Shown here in pieces: positions 57,391 through 64,000 of a DNA stretch of 64,000 nucleotides; the first letter of the stretch is position 1, and the number at the start of each line of letters is the position of its first letter. The stretch spans positions 62,001 through 126,000 of the forward strand of contig NZ_JMCB01000006.1 in NCBI RefSeq assembly GCF_000737315.1, given 5' to 3'. The translations under genes and the position numbers were made by a program. The notes beneath the pieces were generated by a model, which was not told where the DNA came from, made no database searches, and was given only the letters and a program-made list of their open reading frames with translations. Source of the DNA: Hyalangium minutum (lineage in GTDB: Bacteria > Myxococcota > Myxococcia > Myxococcales > Myxococcaceae).

Positions 57391-58025
57391 CTCTTGCTCC
57401 CCGCCTTCTGACCCAGCGTGACGCTGCCCAGGAAGCGCGCCTTGCCGATCAGCTCCAGCGTCTGGCGCGCCGCGGAGAACTGCGTCGAGCCCAGCGGCAC
57501 GCACAGCAGGGCGCGCTCAGCGGCCAGCGCCACCTCGAGCCCCACCGGGTTGGTGAGAATCGAGTCGATGGAGACGACGACCATGCCGCCCTGCTCCACG
57601 AACGCCCGCATGTCACGCACCAGACGGCTGCCAGCACCCGGGGGCAGCCCCTCGGCGTCGATCAGCCGGAGGGGCCGCTCGCGGTACTGGTTGCCCACCT
57701 CGACGATGGCCCGGCCCGCCATGAGCGCGGAGGCGCCCGGCTGCGCGGGCACCACCACCAGCGAGTTCCACTTCTCGCGCTGGGTCAGCAACGTCCACAG
57801 GTGCAGCAGCTCCGCCGGAATGGGCTCGGCGGGTGCGGGGATGACCTCATTGTGAACCGGCTCCTCGGGCGGGAGCGGCACAGGGGTCGGTGTGCCCCGG
57901 ACGACAGACCAGGGACGAGGACGGCCCGCTCCCGCCTTGGGGCTGGTGCTCTCGCCCCCGCGAGACGGGTTGTTTCCCCCCGGATTGTCGTTGGACTCGT
58001 ACATAGGCGGATCCAGTCTACTCAT
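57387..58025 (-). CDS. Stand-alone BY-kinase-like pseudokinase (WzeX-like)
   Basis: SLVVVPAQPGASA in place of a Walker A; LRLIDAEG; VVVSIDSIL; position in the eps locus; cognate co-polymerase lacks a kinase domain. Confidence 0.65.
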   Translation of the reverse strand: MSRLDPPMYESNDNPGGNNPSRGGESTSPKAGAGRPRPWSVVRGTPTPVPLPPEEPVHNEVIPAPAEPIPAELLHLWTLLTQREKWNSLVVVPAQPGASALMAGRAIVEVGNQYRERPLRLIDAEGLPPGAGSRLVRDMRAFVEQGGMVVVSIDSILTNPVGLEVALAAERALLCVPLGSTQFSAARQTLELIGKARFLGSVTLGQKAGSKR

Positions 58026-58123
58026 TTTCTGACCAGTGCCCAGGGGTGCATCGAACCCAGGATCAGGCGACTCAACAGATATTCTGCTGCGATCCGCTCG
58101 TACTGAACGCGCCCCTTTGCGGC

Positions 58124-59674
58124 TCATGTGCGCCCACCTCCGTCCTGCACCGACGCAAACGCTTCAGCTGCGTTACCTGCAGGAACAGGCGCCCCAGCGT
58201 TCTTCCAGGCGCCCGTGAGTGTGGCCAACTTCCCGGAAACAGTGACGGCCAGCGCGATCAGGATGGTGCAGTACCAGCTGGTGATGCCCATGTCTCCGAA
58301 GCACTGGTTGATGTAGGCAAAGACGATGGAGACGACCACGAGGCCCCCTGCTCGCCAGTGAGGCGGGTGAGCACGGTGGTAGGCGCGCACGGCGAAGTAC
58401 ACGGTGAGTGCAACGAACAACCACACGCCCGTGAAGCCCACCATCCCGCCAAAGGCCAACAGGCCCAGCACCGAGTTGTGCGGGTGGTACAGGTAGTCCT
58501 CGAACAGATGGGAGATGTCCGCGAGCTTGATCACCTCTTGGAACCCGTGCCCGTAGCCCGTGCCGAGCATGGGGTTATTCTGCCAGGTGGAAATGAGGTT
58601 GAAGTTCTCCACGTCGCGGTAGTCCATCTCGCCTGTGGCGTTGTGCTCGCCGACGATCATCGACTTGAACGTGTTCACTGGCGAGAAAATGCCTACCGGA
58701 TTGGCCCAGCCGATGGCGACGTAGATGATGAACACCGGCGCCAGGAGGAGGCCGGCGCGCGTCGCGTAGCGCTTCACGCGGGACCACGGGCTGATCAGGA
58801 ACATGGCGATCAGGCACTGGTTGAAGCTCGCGTAGGCGATGCGGCGATCGTTGTAGTCCATGCCCATCAGGATGACGGCGGACACCAGCACCATCCTCCG
58901 GAACGTCTTCCAGTTGGGCTCCTCCGTCCAGGAGCTCATCGCGATGGCCAGCCCCGTCACGTAGATCATCGTGTCCGAGTGCGTGGTGGCGTACTCGGTG
59001 TAGAGCCCCTGGGGCCGGGCGATGAAGACGATGAAGAAGGCGCCCAGGAAGGCCTTGGTGAAGGCGGCCCCCACGATGATGCGGCCGAGAATCCGGAAGT
59101 CCTCCGGCCCCTTGATGGAGGCGTTGAACAGCAGCACGAACATGGGCAGCAGCAGCAGCTTCTGGAGCTGCCACTTCGCCGGACGCCCGTCTCCGCCTCG
59201 CGCCACACCCCAGATGTACATCCAGGTGATGGTCGCCAGGATGAGCAGCAGCGCCATCACCAGCGGCCGGGGCAGCGGCGTCATCTTCTCGTCGATCTTC
59301 AGGCCCATGGCCTGCCGGTAGACGTAGAGGGCGATGAGCCCGAACACGGACAAGTCGATCAGCGTGAAGCCCAGGCCGGGCACGCCGGTGACGACGTTGA
59401 GGTTGAGGAACAGCAGGCGGCCCGGGAACGAGAGCGGGGACTGCCACTTGCCCGAGTAGGGCACCTCCACCGCGCAGTCCAAGATGAGCATCAACGCCAG
59501 CAGCGTGAGGACGGGGTAGCGGATGGGGACCTTGGCCAGCACCCACAGCAGGATGGCCGCCGCCACCGGTAGCATGGCCACCGCGGGGAAGAGGACGAGC
59601 AGCCCCAGCGTGGCCAGCACCACGCCGGCCAGCAGCGTCAGGAAGACAGGGGTGCGGGAGAGGAAGGCTTCCAT
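58124..59674 (-). CDS. wzy: Wzy polysaccharide polymerase / O-antigen-ligase-like membrane protein
   Basis: Many TM segments, large loop DYRDVENFNL...PMLGTGYG, HPHNSVLGLLAFGGMVGF. Confidence 0.8.
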   Translation of the reverse strand: MEAFLSRTPVFLTLLAGVVLATLGLLVLFPAVAMLPVAAAILLWVLAKVPIRYPVLTLLALMLILDCAVEVPYSGKWQSPLSFPGRLLFLNLNVVTGVPGLGFTLIDLSVFGLIALYVYRQAMGLKIDEKMTPLPRPLVMALLLILATITWMYIWGVARGGDGRPAKWQLQKLLLLPMFVLLFNASIKGPEDFRILGRIIVGAAFTKAFLGAFFIVFIARPQGLYTEYATTHSDTMIYVTGLAIAMSSWTEEPNWKTFRRMVLVSAVILMGMDYNDRRIAYASFNQCLIAMFLISPWSRVKRYATRAGLLLAPVFIIYVAIGWANPVGIFSPVNTFKSMIVGEHNATGEMDYRDVENFNLISTWQNNPMLGTGYGHGFQEVIKLADISHLFEDYLYHPHNSVLGLLAFGGMVGFTGVWLFVALTVYFAVRAYHRAHPPHWRAGGLVVVSIVFAYINQCFGDMGITSWYCTILIALAVTVSGKLATLTGAWKNAGAPVPAGNAAEAFASVQDGGGRT

Positions 59675-59708
59675 CGTGGTCCTCGGGCGGCAGACACCGG
59701 GCGCACGC

Positions 59709-60902
59709 TCAGGGCTTGCGCGCCTCGCGGGTGGTGCGCACCCACTCCCCCTTCTTGTCTCGAGGGCCCGCCACCATCAGCCACACCTTCCACACCACGT
59801 AGAACGGCGCCGCCATCAGGTCCAACAGCCCCCGGGCGCCCATGCCCGACACCCACCAGCCGCGCAGCACGTAGAGGCCCAGGCTGGCCACGCAGAACGC
59901 CCCCGCGGCCAGGCTGAGCGGCGCGAACCCGGACACCCCGGAGAGCACGCCCGCGGCCACCGACAGCCCCACGGCGCCCAGCACCACGTAGCTCAGCGGC
60001 GGAACCAACAGGTCCATGGCCAGGTCCAGCAGCACGCCGTCGCGCTTGCGCAGGGCCTCGCCCAGCAGCGGCACGCCGAACTGCTTCGTCATCGCCCAGC
60101 GGCCCCCCTCCCAGCGGCGGCGCTGCGAGCGCGCGGCCTTCTCGGAGGACACCATCTCCCCGAGCACCTCGGCCTCCCACGCGTAGTGCACGCGGTGGCC
60201 CGCGCGGCCCAGGCGGATGCCGTACTCCAGGTCCTCGACGATGGAGAATGCGTCGTGCGGCACCTGGCGAATCACGCTGTGGGTGAAGCACATGCCGTTG
60301 CCGCGCAGACCGCACGAGACGCCCAGCCGCTCGCGGCCCAGCGAGCGCACCTTGTGGAACAGCGCCAGGGCAATGGTCATCAGCCGCGTGCGCCACGAGG
60401 CGCTTGGGTTCATCACGCCGTAGTGCGCCTGCACCGCGTGCGCGCCCGCCTCCAGCCGCAGCCCGAACGAGTGCAACAGGTGCGGAGACACCTCGGTGTC
60501 CGCGTCCACCACCACCACCGCGTCGGCAAAGCCGTCACTCAGGCTGCGCTCGAAGGCATGCGCCAGCGCGAAGCCCTTGCCGCGCTTCTCCGTGTCATGG
60601 CGCACCAGCACCGTGGCGCCAGCTTCGCGGGCCCGGTCCGCCGTGGCGTCCGAGCAGTTGTCCGCCACCACCAGGATGCGCCGCAGCGCCGCCGGGTAGT
60701 CCATGGCGGACAGGTTCGTCACCGTGCGGGCAATGCCCGCCTCCTCATTGTGCGCGGGGACGATGATGTCGAACTTCAGCCGCGGGGCCACCCGAGGCGG
60801 CGCCGCCTTGCCCGCCGACAACAGCGTCAGCAGCAGCAGATAGCCGCACGCCACCACCACCGGCAGCCCCAGCACGAACAACAGAACGTCCGCCCACATC
60901 AC
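59709..60902 (-). CDS. Membrane GT2 glycosyltransferase (EpsU-like)
   Basis: IIVPAHNEE, VADNCSD, VDADT, VEDLEYG, QRRRW; N- and C-terminal TM segments. Confidence 0.9.
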   Translation of the reverse strand: MMWADVLLFVLGLPVVVACGYLLLLTLLSAGKAAPPRVAPRLKFDIIVPAHNEEAGIARTVTNLSAMDYPAALRRILVVADNCSDATADRAREAGATVLVRHDTEKRGKGFALAHAFERSLSDGFADAVVVVDADTEVSPHLLHSFGLRLEAGAHAVQAHYGVMNPSASWRTRLMTIALALFHKVRSLGRERLGVSCGLRGNGMCFTHSVIRQVPHDAFSIVEDLEYGIRLGRAGHRVHYAWEAEVLGEMVSSEKAARSQRRRWEGGRWAMTKQFGVPLLGEALRKRDGVLLDLAMDLLVPPLSYVVLGAVGLSVAAGVLSGVSGFAPLSLAAGAFCVASLGLYVLRGWWVSGMGARGLLDLMAAPFYVVWKVWLMVAGPRDKKGEWVRTTREARKP

Positions 60903-60933
60903 GGCATCACCCCGGCCCTGAACTCCATGTCAC

Positions 60934-62433
60934 TCACCCGGAATTCCGGTCCAGCTCGGCCAGCACGGGCACACCCAGCCCCCGCTCCACCTGCCAACTC
61001 TCCAGCACGCGTCCGCTCAGCACGTCACGCGCCAGCGCCGCGAACACCGCCAGCACCAGCCCGGCGACGATTCCGCCGATGGCGATGATCAGCGCGTTGG
61101 GCTTCACCGGCTTGCGAGGAAACTCCGCCGGCGTCAGCACCGTGAAGCGGTACTTGAAGGACTTGGCGGCGATGTCCAGCTCCAGCTTCGCCGCGTCGAT
61201 GCGCTTGAGGATCTGCTGCTGCGCGCTCAGCCGGCTCCGGAGCCGGTCCAGCGTCACCGCCGCGCTCGGGTTCTCCGACACCGCGGGCAGCAGGCCCATC
61301 AGCACGCGCTCCAGGCCGTACGGGTCCGGCACGGGCTCGTCCGGGAACGGCAGGGACTTGCCGCCCAGGTCACCGTACTCGGCCAGCAGCTGGCGCTCCT
61401 CTTCCTGCAGCGCCCTCACCTGGGGCGAGCCCTGGCGCAGCGCCGCCACGCGCGTCTCCTGCTCCACCACCTGCGGGTGGTCCGGCGCGTACATCTCGCG
61501 CAGCTGCACCAGCTCGTCCTGCATCTGCGTCAGCCGCTGGTTGTGCTGCACCGTCGCATCCGCGATGGCCCGGCGCTTGGAGCGGATGACGAAGCGCAGC
61601 TGCGCCAGCTCCTGGTCCGTGGAGCCGAAGCGCGGCAGCAAGCGGGGGTCACCCACCGCGCGGCGGCGCTCGATCATGATCGCGGTGAAGGTCTTCTCGA
61701 AGTCGGTGTAGGCCTCCTTCACGGCGTCCTGGGCCTGCTGCTCGTGCTCCTGGAGGATGGTGATGGCGTCCTTGATGCTGTTGAGCTCCTCCTCCTTGCT
61801 CTTCTCGAGGAAGCTCTCCTGCGCCTTCTCCACCAGCTCATAGGCCAGCTGCGGGTCGCCCCAGTCCACGCCGATGGTCACCTTGCCGTCATCGGTGCCC
61901 ACCCAGAGCTTCTTCTCCAGGGTGCCCACCATGGCGTCCATCTTGGCGTCCTCGTCCGGAGGCGCCGAGATGAGCCGCATCACCGAGTCCTTGAACCGCA
62001 GGAGCGGCGGACGCGTGGACTCCCACCGGTCCACCAGGTAGGTGTTCTTGATGATCTTGATCAGGTTCTCCTGGCGAAGCACCGCCTCCGCGGCGGCCTT
62101 CGTCGGCCCATCCACCTCGTTGGCCGGCCGCATGGGGTTGGGCGGATCCGGGTTCAGGAGGTTGGGCCGCTCCGGGTTCACCAAGCCGGGGATGATGGTG
62201 CTGGCGGTGCGGCGCGGCAGCAGCTTGGACTCGGAGTGCCAGGTGCGCGGCAGCAGCTTGGCCGCCAGCAGCCCCAGCACCGCTGTCATCAGGAAGGTGG
62301 CCAGCGCCAGCTTCCAGTGCCGGACCACGGCATTCTTCACGTAGCTGAGGTAGTCGCGGATCTGCTCCCAGTCGAAGATCTGGGCCTGCTCGCGCTCCAC
62401 ATCGGGGAGCCGATCCTCATGAGGTGCGGGCAT
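60934..62433 (-). CDS. Polysaccharide co-polymerase (Wzc/Wzz-like, no kinase domain; EpsV-like)
   Basis: TM1 WKLALATFLMTAVLGLLAA, long coiled-coil periplasmic region, PAEFPRKPVKPN, TM2 IIAIGGIVAGLVLAVFAAL. Confidence 0.88.
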   Translation of the reverse strand: MPAPHEDRLPDVEREQAQIFDWEQIRDYLSYVKNAVVRHWKLALATFLMTAVLGLLAAKLLPRTWHSESKLLPRRTASTIIPGLVNPERPNLLNPDPPNPMRPANEVDGPTKAAAEAVLRQENLIKIIKNTYLVDRWESTRPPLLRFKDSVMRLISAPPDEDAKMDAMVGTLEKKLWVGTDDGKVTIGVDWGDPQLAYELVEKAQESFLEKSKEEELNSIKDAITILQEHEQQAQDAVKEAYTDFEKTFTAIMIERRRAVGDPRLLPRFGSTDQELAQLRFVIRSKRRAIADATVQHNQRLTQMQDELVQLREMYAPDHPQVVEQETRVAALRQGSPQVRALQEEERQLLAEYGDLGGKSLPFPDEPVPDPYGLERVLMGLLPAVSENPSAAVTLDRLRSRLSAQQQILKRIDAAKLELDIAAKSFKYRFTVLTPAEFPRKPVKPNALIIAIGGIVAGLVLAVFAALARDVLSGRVLESWQVERGLGVPVLAELDRNSG

Positions 62434-62842
62434 CGCTCTTACCTCCCGGGGTCGCCTCAGCCGCCTTCGCCAACAACCTCACCACTTGCTGAATGAACTC
62501 GTCCTGGGTGAACGGCTTCGTCAGATAGCCGTCCGCCCCCACTTCCTCCGCCTGAGCGCGGTCCAGCAGGGTGCCGCGCGCGCTGATCATCAACACCGGC
62601 AGGCCCGCCAGCTCCGGCTGGCCACGGATGTACTCGCACACGTCGTACCCGGACACGTCCGGCAGCGTCAGGTCCAGGCACACCAGGTCCGGCCGGCTGT
62701 GCGCCAGCTGCTCCAGGGCCGAGCGCCCGTTGGACGCTTCCTGGATGCGCGTGATGCGCAGGGCGTGCAGGAACTCGCCCACCATCTTCCGGAAGAGGGG
62801 CGAGTCCTCTACGACCAGGACCGTGCATTGCGAGACGTCCAT
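62417..62842 (-). CDS. Single-domain response regulator (EpsW-like)
   Basis: VLVVEDS, DLVCLDLTLP, ISA, YLTKP; lies between the co-polymerase and beta-barrel genes. Confidence 0.9.
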   Translation of the reverse strand: MDVSQCTVLVVEDSPLFRKMVGEFLHALRITRIQEASNGRSALEQLAHSRPDLVCLDLTLPDVSGYDVCEYIRGQPELAGLPVLMISARGTLLDRAQAEEVGADGYLTKPFTQDEFIQQVVRLLAKAAEATPGGKSDARTS

Positions 62843-62862
62843 GAACCTTTCCGGGTCCTCTC

Positions 62863-63036
62863 CTAATCGTCGAGCCGCGGCCAGATGACCAACACCATGA
62901 AGGTGTAAACCAGGTTGAAGACGACCATCATCAAGACGGCCTTTTTGACACCCCGGACTTGGTGACGCTCTCGCGCCGCCAGGCTCGGCAACAGAATCAG
63001 CGAGTACAGCACGGACAGCAGGATGAACTTCTTCAT
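62863..63036 (-). CDS. 57-aa two-TM microprotein in the eps operon
   Basis: Manual translation MKKFILLSVLYSLILLPSLAARERHQVRGVKKAVLMMVVFNLVYTFMVLVIWPRLDD*; exactly fills the gap between flanking genes. Below the ORF track cutoff. Confidence 0.75.
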   Translation of the reverse strand: MKKFILLSVLYSLILLPSLAARERHQVRGVKKAVLMMVVFNLVYTFMVLVIWPRLDD

Positions 63037-63048
63037 GACCGGGTGGGA

Positions 63049-64000
63049 TTAAAGCCTACCATTCTCTTGCCGGATCACCAATCCGACGCCCATGAACCAC
63101 TTATAGATGGGGTTGGGGTCGATCACGAATTCTCGCAGCCTCAAGAGTCGACCGGACGCCACTACAGCGGCCGACCGAGTGAGCGGCCACTGAACCTTGA
63201 AAGCGAGGCGTTCCTCGCCATCGTTGGCGTGGATGCCGCCGGTGGCCGACTGGGCGGCGGCGATGTCCAGGTTGATCTGGGCCTTGCGGCGGCCCACCCA
63301 CTCGAAGCCGAAGCTCTGCTCGAAGCGGGGATAGTTGAGGGTGGAGAAGACGTCCACGAAGGGGACGTAGCGCGCGGCCAGCTTCGCCTTCACGGGCCAG
63401 TGGTAGCCCACGGGAACGGGGGTGGTGAGAGAGACTTCGCCGATGGGGTGGAGGATGCTCTCGTAGGCCACCGGGAAGGAGTAGCGGATGGGGGAGAGGA
63501 TGTCCTCGTAGGCCAGCGGGAAGGAGTAGCGCTGGAGACGGTGCTCGCCCACGGCCACACCCATGGCGAGGCGGCCTCGGATCAGCGGGTGGAACTGGTA
63601 CTCCACCAAGGGCGAGGCCTGCAGCAGGGACAGGCGCCCGCCGGTGGAGAAGTGCACGTCCCGGCCCCACATCTCCGTGCCCAGCGTGAGGCGGCGGGTG
63701 AGCGAATGGAAGGCATAGAGGCGGAATTCCGGGCCCACCTGCGAGGGCGTCACCCGGTCACCGAACGGGCGCAGCTCCTTGGGCGGATCCAACAGGCCAT
63801 TGATGACGAGCCCCCCCATGAAGCCGATGTACGTGCGCCGGATGCCCAGGATGTCGAAGCCCACCATGTTCTCCGAGTAGACGTACTTGCTGGCGTCCAG
63901 CACGCGCTGCTGTTCGGGAGGGCTCGTCGCGGGGACGCGGAAGTTTTCGAAGGGGAACGCGCCGTAGGTGGTGGCCTCCATGGCCCAGACCTTGAAGCCC
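63049..64000 (-). CDS. Outer-membrane beta-barrel for polysaccharide export (EpsX/Wzp-like), 5' end beyond the window
   Basis: Alternating amphipathic strands, C-terminal WFMGVGLVIRQE; frame open to the window end; position in the eps locus. Confidence 0.65.
   Translation of the reverse strand, partial: GFKVWAMEATTYGAFPFENFRVPATSPPEQQRVLDASKYVYSENMVGFDILGIRRTYIGFMGGLVINGLLDPPKELRPFGDRVTPSQVGPEFRLYAFHSLTRRLTLGTEMWGRDVHFSTGGRLSLLQASPLVEYQFHPLIRGRLAMGVAVGEHRLQRYSFPLAYEDILSPIRYSFPVAYESILHPIGEVSLTTPVPVGYHWPVKAKLAARYVPFVDVFSTLNYPRFEQSFGFEWVGRRKAQINLDIAAAQSATGGIHANDGEERLAFKVQWPLTRSAAVVASGRLLRLREFVIDPNPIYKWFMGVGLVIRQENGRL

Overview
High-GC myxobacterial chromosomal window (Cystobacterineae-like; inferred from gene content such as Ser/Thr kinases with PEGA, an ADYC protein, an M57 protease and an eps locus). 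I saw no tRNA, rRNA, CRISPR array, transposase or integrase. The left part holds housekeeping and signalling genes: a partial ATP-grasp gene, ettA, an FHA protein, a YadGH-like ABC pair, two Ser/Thr kinases, a PAS hybrid histidine kinase, a CBM32 secreted protein, treZ, and S8 and M57 proteases. The standout is one ~1450-aa ORF (17834-22189, minus strand) fusing a complete type IA topoisomerase III to a complete RecQ helicase (Zn-RQC plus HRDC), in the opposite domain order to reverse gyrase. The middle holds a Tat-signal SDR, an Npt-like MFS transporter, an aminotransferase, malQ, a repeat/PDZ protein, an RND pair, an ADYC lipoprotein next to a kinase-STAND-TM-FGE receptor, Ig-like lipoproteins and a TPR-PEGA TonB-dependent receptor operon. 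The right end (51.7-64 kb) is a compact Wzy-dependent exopolysaccharide locus resembling the Myxococcus xanthus eps genes. All assignments come from motif reading by eye; no searches were run.
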